This document shows, piece after piece, positions 39,085 through 48,697 of a stretch of DNA of 64,000 bases. Below the pieces are notes generated by a model. That model made no database searches and had not been told where the DNA came from. It saw nothing but the letters and a program-made list of their open reading frames with translations. Position 1 is the first letter of the stretch, and every line of letters begins with the position of its first letter. The stretch comes from an uncultured Actinomycetes bacterium (GTDB taxonomy: Bacteria; Actinomycetota; Thermoleophilia; Gaiellales; Gaiellaceae), in the NCBI GenBank assembly GCA_963703975.1, contig CAVPGO010000041.1, positions 4,681 through 68,680 of the forward strand, read 5' to 3'. The translations under genes and the position numbers were made by a program.

Positions 39085-39998
39085 GCGAGCCCCTCGTCTC
39101 CGTCGTGCTCGCGATCGACAGTGTGGCGACGGGCGAGGAGACGATCGACGCGCTCGCCGCCCAGACGATTGCCGGTCGGGTCGAGGTGGTGCTCGTCGGT
39201 CCGGGGCTGGTCGTGCCTCCCGATCGCTGGTCGGGCCTTGCCGGCGTGACGGTCGTCGAGGCCGACATCCGCGCGCTGGCGTCGGCGCGCGCCGCGGGAG
39301 TGCTCGCAGCTTCGGCGCCGTACGTGTTCATCGCGGAGACGCACGGTTTCCCCGCCGCGACGTGCCTCGAGCGGCTTGTTGCAGTGGCGCAGGCCGGCGC
39401 CGACGCCGTGCTCCCCCGTTTCGTGAATGCGAACCCGAAGACCGCGCGCTCATGGGCGAGCCTGTTCGCGACGTACGCGGCGTACACCGGGCCGGAAGGT
39501 TGCGACCTTCGCTCGGTGTCGCTCCACAACGCCCTCTTCCGTCGCGGGCCGCTCGTCGAGGTTGCGCTGAGAGAGCCTCTGGACCTGGTGTACGGGGTCG
39601 GCCTCTCGGCAATGTTCCGCGATCAGCGGAGGAGGATGAGGTACGAGCCCGAGGCCATCCTGCACCATCTCAACGTCTCTCGGCCGATGTCCATCGTCAC
39701 CGACCGTTTCATCAGCTCGTGGCTGTGGGCCGGAATGCGCCGCCGGCGCCTGTCTGGTCTCGCCCGGGCGGCTCACCTCGTCGCCACACCGCTCGTGCCT
39801 CTGCTCTTCCTGGGGAGCGTGCTCCGGTCGGACGGCTGGCGGGCGCTCAAACCCCAGATGCCGCGCGGAACGCTCTCGGTGCTCGCCGTCGCGACGCTCC
39901 CGGTCGCGGCCGGTGAGGCGCTCGGCTACGCCACCGGCGCCGGTGACGCCGAGAGGCGTCACGTCGATCTCGAGCTCCATCGCCGGGAGCACATCTGA
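39081..39998 (+). CDS. GT2-like glycosyltransferase (paralogue of the upstream gene)
   Basis: PLVSVVL, ARAAGVLAASAPYVFIAETH, NANP, GEALGY, similar to the upstream ORF. Confidence 0.7.
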   Translation: MSEPLVSVVLAIDSVATGEETIDALAAQTIAGRVEVVLVGPGLVVPPDRWSGLAGVTVVEADIRALASARAAGVLAASAPYVFIAETHGFPAATCLERLVAVAQAGADAVLPRFVNANPKTARSWASLFATYAAYTGPEGCDLRSVSLHNALFRRGPLVEVALREPLDLVYGVGLSAMFRDQRRRMRYEPEAILHHLNVSRPMSIVTDRFISSWLWAGMRRRRLSGLARAAHLVATPLVPLLFLGSVLRSDGWRALKPQMPRGTLSVLAVATLPVAAGEALGYATGAGDAERRHVDLELHRREHI

Positions 39999-40012
39999 CC
40001 CGTGGTGCAGGC

Positions 40013-40987
40013 GTGAGGCTGGGGCTCGCCGGATGCGGCGCGATCGCGACCCTGGTCCACCTTCGGAGCGCGCGTGCGCTCGACGGCGTCGAGGTCGTTG
40101 CGCTGGCCGACCCGGATCAGGCGGCATGCGCCCGCGCGGCCCGCTTTGCTCCGGCCGCGTCGCACCACCTGTCCGTCGACGCGCTTCTCGCAGGCTCCTC
40201 CGTCGACGCGGTAGTTGTCTGCACGCCGAGCGGCATCCACGCGTCAGGTGCCCTGTCGGTGCTGCGCGCGGAGCGTCATCTCTACCTCGAGAAGCCGATC
40301 GCCGCGAGCCTCGAGGAGGCCGAGGAGGTCGCGAGGATCGCTCGCGCCACTGGGGTGGTCGCCGCGATGGGCTTCAATCGGCGCTTTCACCCGCTCGTGA
40401 TCGAAGCTCGGCACCGACTTGCGGCAGACGGTATCGCCGAGGAGGTGACGCACGCGGAGACGGTGTTCTCGGAGCCACTCGAGCCTGTGGCCGGCTGGAA
40501 ACGGCTCCGGTCTGCGGGAGGCGGCGCTCCGCTCGACCTTGCCACGCACCACGTCGATCTGCTCCGTCATCTCCTGGGCCGCGACGCGGTCGGCATCGGC
40601 GGCAGGCTGCGGTCGTGCGTGAGCGAGCTGGACGACTGCGAGCTTCGGTTTGCGCTCGGCGAGGTGACGGCCACGGTCGCATGTTCGTTCCTGCAGCCGC
40701 GGCAAGACCGCATCGAGCTCCACGGTACCCGCGGTGCGCTCCTCGTCGTGGATCGCTACGAGGGGCGCCTCGAGGTGCGCTCGCGCCCCGTCCGCACTCG
40801 CGCCCTGACATCGCTGCGTCTCCGCGCCATGGCACGGCGTACCGGCGACGTGTCCTACAGGCCGGCGCTCGCCGCGTTCGTGTCGGCGGTGCGGGGCCAC
40901 GAAACGACGCTCCCGACGATCGCCGACGGGTTGGCGAGTCTCCGGGCGATCGTGGGGGCCGAGGAGCTGGCCGCTCGATGCGCGTGA
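40013..40987 (+). CDS. Gfo/Idh/MocA oxidoreductase
   Basis: GLAGCGAI, EKP, GFNRRF, GGG..DLATHHVD. Confidence 0.88.
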   Translation: MRLGLAGCGAIATLVHLRSARALDGVEVVALADPDQAACARAARFAPAASHHLSVDALLAGSSVDAVVVCTPSGIHASGALSVLRAERHLYLEKPIAASLEEAEEVARIARATGVVAAMGFNRRFHPLVIEARHRLAADGIAEEVTHAETVFSEPLEPVAGWKRLRSAGGGAPLDLATHHVDLLRHLLGRDAVGIGGRLRSCVSELDDCELRFALGEVTATVACSFLQPRQDRIELHGTRGALLVVDRYEGRLEVRSRPVRTRALTSLRLRAMARRTGDVSYRPALAAFVSAVRGHETTLPTIADGLASLRAIVGAEELAARCA

Positions 40988-42156
40988 TGCTCGCCACCGA
41001 CTGGCCCGCCGCAGAGGGCGGCGTCGAGACCTACGTCGAGCTGGCGCTGAACGGCCTGCGTGCGCGCGGGCATGAGGTTCGACTGCTGACAGGCGACGCG
41101 GGCCGGGGACGCGACATCGCCGACGTGACTGCCCGGGCGCCACGCCGCGCGGTGGAACGCGCCGCTCTGCAGGTCGTCAACCCGTTCGCTGCCACGGCAG
41201 CACGTCGTCTCGTCGCGTCATTCCGTCCGGATGTCGCGCAGGTGTCCATGTTCGAGATGTGCCTGTCGCCCTCCGTGGTCCGCGCCCTCGGAGAGGTGCC
41301 GTACGCGCTCAACGTCGCCTACTACAAGCCGATCTGCCCGACCGGTCTGAAGCTCCTTCCGGCGGGCGAGCTCTGTCGCGTGCGAGCCGGCCGTCCGTGC
41401 CGCGCAAACGGATGTGTGCCCTTCGGTGACGGGCTGCGCGAACTGCTTCGCTACGCCAGGATCCGTGCCGTCGTCGACGCTGCGCCCGCGGTGATGACGT
41501 GCAGCGCGTGGATGGGGCGCGTCCTCGCCGCAGAGGGGGTCGAGGCGAGGACCTTTCCATGGCCGGTGGCTGCGTCCGGGCTTGCGCCGGTCAGATCGCC
41601 GGCCAGGACGCCGCTCGTTGCGTATGTCGGACGGCTCGCGAGGGAGAAGGGCGTCGACGATCTGCTGCGTGCGGCGTCGCTCGCGGTCTCTCGCGGGAGC
41701 GACCTGCGTGTGCTCGTGATCGGGGACGGGCCGGAGCGGACGAACCTCGAGCGCATCGCTGCCGCTCTCGGGCTCGGCGACAGGGTCGAGTGGCTCGGAC
41801 GTGTGCCACAGTCCCAGGTCGAGCGGCTGACCGCAGCAGCCTGGGCGGTCGTGGCGCCGTCCCGCTGGGCGGAGCCGCTGGGCGTGGCCGTGATCGAGGC
41901 GATCGTGCGCGGGATTCCCGCCGTTGCGACAGCGGCGGGAGGCCACCTCGAGACGGTGCAGGACGGGAAGACCGGCCTGCTCTATCCGATCGGTGACGTG
42001 GAGGCTCTCACCGAGCGGCTCCAGCGGGTCGCAGACGGTGGCGCGTTTCCGGGAGGGTCGATCGACTCCGACTGCGCGCTGGAACTGGCGAGGCGACATG
42101 CGCTCGATTCCCACCTGGATCGACTGGAGTCTCTGTTCGAGGAGATCGCCGGGTAG
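40978..42156 (+). CDS. GT4 glycosyltransferase
   Basis: GGVETY, YVGRLAREKG, IGDGP, PSRWAEPLGVAVIEA. Confidence 0.88.
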   Translation: MRVMLATDWPAAEGGVETYVELALNGLRARGHEVRLLTGDAGRGRDIADVTARAPRRAVERAALQVVNPFAATAARRLVASFRPDVAQVSMFEMCLSPSVVRALGEVPYALNVAYYKPICPTGLKLLPAGELCRVRAGRPCRANGCVPFGDGLRELLRYARIRAVVDAAPAVMTCSAWMGRVLAAEGVEARTFPWPVAASGLAPVRSPARTPLVAYVGRLAREKGVDDLLRAASLAVSRGSDLRVLVIGDGPERTNLERIAAALGLGDRVEWLGRVPQSQVERLTAAAWAVVAPSRWAEPLGVAVIEAIVRGIPAVATAAGGHLETVQDGKTGLLYPIGDVEALTERLQRVADGGAFPGGSIDSDCALELARRHALDSHLDRLESLFEEIAG

Positions 42157-42215
42157 CTCGGGCTCGCTCGTCCTCGTCTCGCGGGCCCGGACGTCGGTCG
42201 GGTCCGTCGCGGCGT

Positions 42216-43118
42216 CTAGGCGCGCCGCGGGCCCGAGAGCGCGGCAGCCACACCCACCGGCACCGACGCGACCGCGACGATCTGGTGCAGCACGTGGAGT
42301 CCGACACCGGCGGCCGCCCCTCCGATGCCCACGCGACGCACCAGCAACGCAAAGAGATCGCGGTTGAGTGCGAGCTCCCAGGCGAGCATGATCGCGGCGA
42401 GACGCGGGCGGCGGGTGAACAGGGCGGCGGCAGCGCCGACGGCTGCCGCCGCGCTCACCCGCTCCCGCCAGCCGAGGTTCAGCGTTCGTGCCGGCCGCCG
42501 GCGCTCGGCGAGCAGCTCGACCCAGGGGACGCCGCGACGGGCGAAGTCCGTCGTCACCATCGAGAGGAGCGTCCACTGCTTCAGGTGGGTGCCCTGGACG
42601 GATGGATCGAGCACGATTCTCCCCCGTGCGGCGAGACGGGCCCCCAGCTCGATGTCCTCGATCGACGCGCGGGGATAGCGGGCCGCGTCGAAGCCGCCCG
42701 CCGTCACGAACGCATCCCGCCGGACGGCGCCGAGGCCGGCCCAGAACGTGCTCGCCTCGCCCCGCGAGCGCTGATGGACGACGTGATGCAGCAGATTCCT
42801 GAAGGCCGACACCGCGCCGCGGGTGGCCACGGTGTCGTCGTACGACCCGAACACGGCCACGAGGGCGTCGTCCGCGGCGAACGTCGACCGCAGCCGCTCG
42901 AGCGAGTCTGTGTGGACGACCACGTCGGAGTCGACGAAGACGAATAGCTCGCCCCGTGCTCTCTGCGCGCCGAGATTGCGTGCCGCGGCGGGGCCGAGCC
43001 CCGCGGGCGCATCCACGACGACGATCTCGTCCGGGCCGGCGTCCGCGAGCGCGGCCAGGCACGCTGGAAGAGTCGCGGGCCGGTCGGTTGCGGGCACGAT
43101 CGCCGAGAGGAAAGCCAC
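42216..43118 (-). CDS. GT2 glycosyltransferase
   Basis: SAIVPA, GPAAARN, FVDSD, GGFD, IEDIELG. Confidence 0.85.
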   Translation of the reverse strand: MAFLSAIVPATDRPATLPACLAALADAGPDEIVVVDAPAGLGPAAARNLGAQRARGELFVFVDSDVVVHTDSLERLRSTFAADDALVAVFGSYDDTVATRGAVSAFRNLLHHVVHQRSRGEASTFWAGLGAVRRDAFVTAGGFDAARYPRASIEDIELGARLAARGRIVLDPSVQGTHLKQWTLLSMVTTDFARRGVPWVELLAERRRPARTLNLGWRERVSAAAAVGAAAALFTRRPRLAAIMLAWELALNRDLFALLVRRVGIGGAAAGVGLHVLHQIVAVASVPVGVAAALSGPRRA

Positions 43119-43123
43119 GGCGC

Positions 43124-44080
43124 TCAGTCGCGCGCGTCGGCCAGCTCGAGCTCGCGGCGCAACTCGACGGGGAGGCGGAACGTCACGTCCTCGTCGACCA
43201 TGCGGAACGCCTCCACCCGCTCGACGCCACGGGCCCGGAACCAGTCGCACACGCGGCTCACGAGCCGTTCCGGCGCCGAGGCGCCCGAGGTGACGCCGAC
43301 CGTGCGCACGCCGTCCAGCCAGCTCTCGTCGATCTCGGCCTCGTCGTCGATCAGATACGCCGGCACGCCGCCCGCCCGCGCCACGTCGACGAGACGGTTG
43401 GAGTTCGACGAGTTTCGCGAGCCGATCACCAGCAGCAGGTCGATCTCCGGCAGCATCTCCTTGACCGCCCATTGCCGATTCGAGGTCGCGTAGCAGATGT
43501 CTTCCTTCTTGGGGCCCACGATCTGCGGGAAGCGGCGACGGAGGACGCCGATGATCTCGGACGTCTCGTCCACGGAGAGCGTCGTCTGCGTGATGTAGGC
43601 GATGTCGGCGTCGGCGGGGAGGTCGAGCGCCTCGGCTTCCTCGACGTCCTGCACGAGCACGGTCGCCTCCGGCGCTTCGCCCATCGTGCCGACGACCTCC
43701 TCGTGCCTGGCGTGACCGATGAGCACCACCGTGAAGCCGTTCGCGGCAAACCGCCTGGCCTGTACGTGCACCTTCGTCACGAGAGGGCACGTGGCGTCGA
43801 TCACGTCGTGACCGAGGCGCCGCGAGCGCTCGTGGACGCTGGGGGCGACGCCATGGGCGGAGTAGACGACGACCGCACCGGCGGGCGCTTCGTTCTCGTC
43901 CTCCACGAAGATCGCCCCGCGCGCTTCGAGGTCGCGCACGACGTGGATGTTGTGAACGATCTGCTTGCGCACGTAGACCGGTGCGCCGTAATGCTCGAGC
44001 GCCTGCTCCACCGTCTCGACCGCGCGCTCGACTCCGGCGCAGTAGCCGCGTGGGGAGGCGAGGAGGACGCGCTCGACCAT
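43124..44080 (-). CDS. ispH: 4-hydroxy-3-methylbut-2-enyl diphosphate reductase
   Basis: PRGYCAGV, IVHN, SAHG, DATCPLV, QTTLS, ICYAT, NSSNS, GASAP. Confidence 0.96.
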   Translation of the reverse strand: MVERVLLASPRGYCAGVERAVETVEQALEHYGAPVYVRKQIVHNIHVVRDLEARGAIFVEDENEAPAGAVVVYSAHGVAPSVHERSRRLGHDVIDATCPLVTKVHVQARRFAANGFTVVLIGHARHEEVVGTMGEAPEATVLVQDVEEAEALDLPADADIAYITQTTLSVDETSEIIGVLRRRFPQIVGPKKEDICYATSNRQWAVKEMLPEIDLLLVIGSRNSSNSNRLVDVARAGGVPAYLIDDEAEIDESWLDGVRTVGVTSGASAPERLVSRVCDWFRARGVERVEAFRMVDEDVTFRLPVELRRELELADARD

Positions 44081-44216
44081 GCCTACAGGGTAGTCGTAGT
44101 CAGCGCGACGTCTCGGCGAGCAGGATCCGGCCAGCACGACCGCGCGGTGGCCAGCTGGCGGCCGACGCGGAGCACGCCCGTTAGGCTCGGAAGAATCGAT
44201 TCTCGATCAGCTCGCC

Positions 44217-44912
44217 ATGCGCGTCGCCCTCTTCGTCACCTGCCTCACCGACACGCTCTTCCCGCGGGCGGGGCGCGCGACCGTCGAGGTGCTCGAGCGG
44301 CTCGGCGTCGAGGTGGCGTTCCCTCGCGCGCAGACGTGCTGCGGTCAGCTGCACCACAACGCAGGCTACGCAGACGAGGCGGTCGCGCTCGCTCGCCGCT
44401 ACGGCGCCGTGTTCGACGGGTTCGACGCGGTCGTGACGCCGTCCGGGTCCTGCGCCGGGCACGTGCGCGTCCACGTGGCGGAGCTCGCACCGGAGTCCGC
44501 CACCGCGGCGGAGGCGACCTTCGAGCTCTCGCAATTCCTCGTCGAGCGGCTCGGTGTCACCGACGTCGGCTCGACGTTCACCGGCTCGATCGCCTACCAC
44601 CCGACCTGTCATTCGCTCCGCGTCCTCCAGGTGGGTGGTGCGCCCGAGCGCCTGCTGCGCGCCGCCCCGGGTGTGGAGCTGCGCGAGCTCGAGGACGCGA
44701 CCGAGTGTTGCGGCTTCGGCGGCACCTTTGCCGTGAAGAACGCAGCCGTCTCGACGGCGATGCTCGACGAGAAGATTCGACACGTGCTTGCGAGCGGTGC
44801 CGATGCCGTGTGCGCCTGCGACAGCTCGTGCCTGATGCATATCGGCGGCGGGCTGGAGCGGCGCGGGTCGCCCGTGCGAGCGCTGCACCTCGCCGAGGTG
44901 CTGGCGTCGTGA
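44217..44912 (+). CDS. lutA: Lactate utilization protein A (CCG domains)
   Basis: FVTC, QTCCGQ, SGSC, YHPTCH, CCGFGG. Confidence 0.88.
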   Translation: MRVALFVTCLTDTLFPRAGRATVEVLERLGVEVAFPRAQTCCGQLHHNAGYADEAVALARRYGAVFDGFDAVVTPSGSCAGHVRVHVAELAPESATAAEATFELSQFLVERLGVTDVGSTFTGSIAYHPTCHSLRVLQVGGAPERLLRAAPGVELRELEDATECCGFGGTFAVKNAAVSTAMLDEKIRHVLASGADAVCACDSSCLMHIGGGLERRGSPVRALHLAEVLAS

Positions 44913-46336
44913 GCTCACCGCTCGTCGCGCGGGCAGCCTGGCCGGTGGAGTTCCCGCTGGCAGCCGCCACGGCGCTCCGCGACGAGCAGGCGCGTGCGAA
45001 CGTTCGCATCTCCCAGGACACCGTGCGAGAGCGCCGCCGCCGGGTGCTGGCCGAGACACCCGACTGGGAGGCGCTCCGCGACGCGGGCGCGGCGATCAAG
45101 GAACGGGCGTTGCAGCGCCTCGACGTCGTCCTCGAGGAGCTCGAGGAGACCGTCACGCGTGCGGGCGGCGTGGTGCACTGGGCCCGCGACGCCTTGGAGG
45201 CGAACGCGATCGTCGTCTCGATCGTCCGTTCCGCGGACGCCCGCGAGGTCGTCAAGGTGAAATCGCTCCTGACAGACGAGATCGGGCTCAACGACGCCCT
45301 GGCGCGCGCCGGAATCGAGGCGATCGAGACCGACCTGGCCGAGCTGATCTGTCAGCTAGCGGGCGAGCGGCCGTCTCACCTGCTCGTCCCCGCCATCCAT
45401 CGCAACCGCCGTGAGATCCGGGACCTGTTCCGCGATCGGCTCGGGCTCCCCGGGCTGGGCGACGAGCCCGCCGAGCTCGCCGAGGCGGCGCGCCTGTACC
45501 TGCGGGAAGCCTTCCTCCGCGCCCGGGTCGCCGTGTCCGGGGCGAACTTCGCCGTCGCGCAGACGGGTACGGTGTGCGTCGTCGAGTCCGAGGGAAACGG
45601 ACGCATGTGCACGACGCTCCCCGAGACCCTCGTCACCGTGATGGGGATCGAGAAGGTCGTGACGGAATGGCGCGACCTCGGCGTGCTTCTGCAGCTGCTG
45701 CCGCGGTCGGCGACGGCCGAGGTGATGAACCCCTATACGTCGCTGTGGACGGGCGTCCGCGCCGGGGACGGCCCGCGCGCGTTCCACCTCGTGCTCGTCG
45801 ATGCGGGTCGGACGCGCGCGCTCGGGGACCCGGCCGGGCGGCCCGTCTTGCGCTGCATCCGCTGCGCCGCCTGCATCAGCGTGTGCCCGGTCTACCGGCA
45901 GGTCGGCGGGCATGCCTACCACACGGTGTACGCGGGGCCGATCGGCGCCATCCTCGAGCCGCAGCTCCGAGGCGAACGGGGCGCGGCCGGATCGCTGCCC
46001 TTCGCCTCGACGCTCTGCGGCGCCTGCGCGGACGTGTGCCCGGTGCGGATCGACATCCCGCGCCTCCTCGTCCACGAGCGCGCCAAGGAGGTGCGGTCCG
46101 AGCGGCAGGGCTTCGAAGGCGCATCGCTGCGCCTGTTAGGTCGCATCTTCGGCTCGGTCGAGCGGTACGAGCGGGCGCAGCGACTCGCCCGCCGCCTGCA
46201 GCGACCCGCCGTTCGCGACGGCCGCGTGCGCTGGTTCGTCGGACCCCTTGCGGGCTGGGGTGCCTCCCGCGAGCTGCCGGGGATTCCCGAGCAGACGTTC
46301 CGCGAGTGGTGGGAGACGCGTGACGGCGGCCCGTGA
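44909..46336 (+). CDS. lutB: Lactate utilization protein B (Fe-S)
   Basis: ETDLAE, PSH..PAIH, ESEGN, CIRCAACISVCP, LCGAC..CP. Confidence 0.9.
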   Translation: MSSPLVARAAWPVEFPLAAATALRDEQARANVRISQDTVRERRRRVLAETPDWEALRDAGAAIKERALQRLDVVLEELEETVTRAGGVVHWARDALEANAIVVSIVRSADAREVVKVKSLLTDEIGLNDALARAGIEAIETDLAELICQLAGERPSHLLVPAIHRNRREIRDLFRDRLGLPGLGDEPAELAEAARLYLREAFLRARVAVSGANFAVAQTGTVCVVESEGNGRMCTTLPETLVTVMGIEKVVTEWRDLGVLLQLLPRSATAEVMNPYTSLWTGVRAGDGPRAFHLVLVDAGRTRALGDPAGRPVLRCIRCAACISVCPVYRQVGGHAYHTVYAGPIGAILEPQLRGERGAAGSLPFASTLCGACADVCPVRIDIPRLLVHERAKEVRSERQGFEGASLRLLGRIFGSVERYERAQRLARRLQRPAVRDGRVRWFVGPLAGWGASRELPGIPEQTFREWWETRDGGP

Positions 46337-46949
46337 CGAGATCCTGCGCCGGATCCGCGTGGCGCTGGCGGACGTGGACCCCGCGGCGGACGTGGAGGTA
46401 CCCCGCGACTATCGTCAGACCGGTGACCTGGACGCCCAGTCCCGGTTCGAGCTGTTCGTGGCGAGGCTCGAGGAGTACCGCGCCACGGTGATAGTCGCGG
46501 ATCACCCTGCGACCGGCGTCGCCGCGATACTGCGGGAGCGTGGCGCCTGCCGGGTCGTGGTCGCCCCGGATCTTCCGGCAGCGGTGCGACCGCCGGGCCT
46601 GGAGCTCGTGGTCGACGCGGACCTGTCGGCGCCGGAGCTGGATACCTGCGACGCGGTCGTGACGACCTGCGCCGCAGCCTGCGCGGAGACGGGGACGTTG
46701 GCGCTCGACGGCGGCCCGGGCCAGGGACGGCGTGCCCTCACGTTGGTCCCCGACCTGCACGTCTGCGTCGTCGGTCGCGACCAGATCGTGCAGACGCTGC
46801 CGGAGCTCTTCGCACGTCTCGAGCCGAGCGCCCGTGCCGGAAATCCGATCGTGCTCGTCTCCGGGCCGTCCGCGACGAGCGACATCGAGCTCGCCCGGGT
46901 CGAGGGCGTACACGGCCCGCGACAGCTCGTCGTCGTGATCGCTCCTTGA
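46320..46949 (+). CDS. lutC: Lactate utilization protein C (LUD domain)
   Basis: AETGT, GRRALTLVP, SGPSATSDIE, GVHGP. Confidence 0.88.
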   Translation: MTAARDEILRRIRVALADVDPAADVEVPRDYRQTGDLDAQSRFELFVARLEEYRATVIVADHPATGVAAILRERGACRVVVAPDLPAAVRPPGLELVVDADLSAPELDTCDAVVTTCAAACAETGTLALDGGPGQGRRALTLVPDLHVCVVGRDQIVQTLPELFARLEPSARAGNPIVLVSGPSATSDIELARVEGVHGPRQLVVVIAP

Positions 46950-47052
46950 CGGGCGCCCGCGACCTGACACACGCTCGACAGCCGTCGACCGGCGCCGGCG
47001 TCGGGCCGACCTCGTCTGCGCAACCTGCCACGCTGTGCGAACCTTCGGACGG

Positions 47053-47127
47053 CGGGGCGTAGCTCAGCCTGGTTAGAGCGCCTGTTTTGGGGACAGGAGG
47101 CCGACGGTTCGAATCCGTCCGCCCCGA
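47053..47127 (+). tRNA. tRNA-Pro (TGG)
   Basis: Cloverleaf: acceptor CGGGGCG/CGCCCCG, anticodon arm CCTGT-TTTGGGG-ACAGG, T-loop TTCGAAT; CCA not encoded. Confidence 0.95.
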
Positions 47128-47128
47128 T

Positions 47129-47163
47129 GCGGTGAGGACGCCCTTGCAGGGCGTCCTCACCGC
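47129..47163. terminator. Perfect 16-bp hairpin between convergent tRNA-Pro and aqpZ
   Basis: GCGGTGAGGACGCCCT-TGC-AGGGCGTCCTCACCGC. Confidence 0.65.
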
Positions 47164-47184
47164 GCCTCCTCTCCCGCGCTGCCG

Positions 47185-47874
47185 TTACGACTCTGAGCCC
47201 TTGCCGATGATCGTCGCCCAGATCGCAGCGCCGAGCACTCCGCCCGCGAGCGGGCCGACGATGTAGATCCAGACGTTTCCCCAGTCCTGGTTCCAGAGCA
47301 CCGGGTCGAGCGAGCGCGCGGGGTTGAACGAGCCACCCGACGTCGGGCCGACCGTCGTCGCCGCGGTGAAGATGAAGAGGCCGATCAGCAGCGGCGCCAT
47401 GACCCCCTTCCACGCTGCGCGGCCGTCAGTGGCGACGGTCAGGATCACCATCACGAACAGCGCGGTGGTGACGATCTCGAGCACGAGCGCTCCCCAGTCG
47501 TCGGTACCGGCCCCCGGGTTCGTGTCGAGCGCGTCCGTCACGTCGCTCGAGAAGACGATCGCCATGACGACGACGGCGAGAAAGCCTCCGAGCAGCTGAG
47601 CGATCCAGTACTGGACCACCTCGTTCGTGGGGTGCTTGCGCGCGATCGCCAGGCCGGCGGTGACGGCAGGGTTGAAGTGCCCACCGGAGATGTGGCCGAA
47701 CGCCGTGATCGCGAGCGCGAGGCCGAGACCGAAGCCGAAGGCGATCCCGAGGGACGAGATGCCCGCACCGTTGGTTTCGACCGCTGCGGCGATGCCGCTG
47801 AAGCCGAGGAAGAAGAAGAGGAACGTGCCCATCACCTCTGCGAGAAGGCGCGTCCCGAGCGCTGGCTTGCCCAC
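47185..47874 (-). CDS. aqpZ: Aquaporin (MIP family)
   Basis: Two NPA motifs: HISGGHFNPAVT and GSFNPARS. Confidence 0.9.
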   Translation of the reverse strand: MGKPALGTRLLAEVMGTFLFFFLGFSGIAAAVETNGAGISSLGIAFGFGLGLALAITAFGHISGGHFNPAVTAGLAIARKHPTNEVVQYWIAQLLGGFLAVVVMAIVFSSDVTDALDTNPGAGTDDWGALVLEIVTTALFVMVILTVATDGRAAWKGVMAPLLIGLFIFTAATTVGPTSGGSFNPARSLDPVLWNQDWGNVWIYIVGPLAGGVLGAAIWATIIGKGSES

Positions 47875-47923
47875 GTTGACCTCCCGTTCCGAGCCCGGCG
47901 TCCGCCGGGGCTACTCTGCCGCC

Positions 47924-48589
47924 GTGTTGCTTCGCCGGACGCTGGCCGTTTCCCTGCTTGTGATCGCCGTCGGCGCGCGGCCCGGCAGCCCTGGCTCGTC
48001 TGTCGGGCCGCCGCCGTTCCGGGCGGAGGTGCGCGCGATCACGCCGGCGCTGGCGGCTCGCATGACGGGCGTGTCGTGGCGCCGCGGCTGCCCAGTGCCG
48101 TTGCACGACCTGCGCACCGTGTCGCTTCGGCACTGGGGTTTCGACGGCGCGGCACGCACGGGGACGTTGGTCGTCCACCGAGCCGTTGCCGCTCAGCTGG
48201 TGGACGTGTTCCGCCGGCTCTACGTCGCCCGCTTTCCGATCAGGCGCATGGTTCCCGTCGATGCGTACGGCGGCAGCGACTTCGCTTCGATCGAGGCGGA
48301 CAACACGTCGGCTTTCAACTGTCGCCACGTGGACGGGACGAGACGCTGGTCGGAGCACGCGTACGGCCGCGCGATCGACGTCAACCCGATCGAGAACCCG
48401 TACGTGTCGGGCGCCGGCCGCACGTCACACGCTGCGAGCCGGCCCTACGTGCGGCGCACGCCTGCCCGGCCCGGGATGGCTGTCGAGGGCGGGGTGCTGG
48501 TACGCGCCTTCGACACGGCCGGCTGGGGCTGGGGGGGACGCTGGAGCGGCGCCCGCGATTACCAGCACTTCTCCGCGAGTGGCCGCTAG
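47924..48589 (+). CDS. Secreted M15-family D-Ala-D-Ala metallopeptidase
   Basis: NTSAFNCR, SEHAYGRAIDVNP (SxHxxGxAxD), WGWGG, DYQHF. Confidence 0.88.
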   Translation: MLLRRTLAVSLLVIAVGARPGSPGSSVGPPPFRAEVRAITPALAARMTGVSWRRGCPVPLHDLRTVSLRHWGFDGAARTGTLVVHRAVAAQLVDVFRRLYVARFPIRRMVPVDAYGGSDFASIEADNTSAFNCRHVDGTRRWSEHAYGRAIDVNPIENPYVSGAGRTSHAASRPYVRRTPARPGMAVEGGVLVRAFDTAGWGWGGRWSGARDYQHFSASGR

Positions 48590-48602
48590 AACGGTGGTGG
48601 AG

Positions 48603-48674
48603 AGCGGCCTACCGGGCTCGAACCGGTCACTAGAGCTTGGAAGGCTCTCGTGATGCCAACTTCACCAAGGCCGC
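48603..48674 (-). tRNA. tRNA-Gly (TCC)
   Basis: Minus strand GCGGCCT...AGAGC-CTTCCAA-GCTCT...ACCGG-TTCGAGC-CCGGT-AGGCCGC-T. Confidence 0.93.
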
Positions 48675-48697
48675 GCGCTCACGACTAGCGTAGCGTT

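Noticed and set aside
47053-48674. tRNA-anchored genomic island
   Set aside because: No integrase and no duplicated tRNA 3' end (att repeat) seen.
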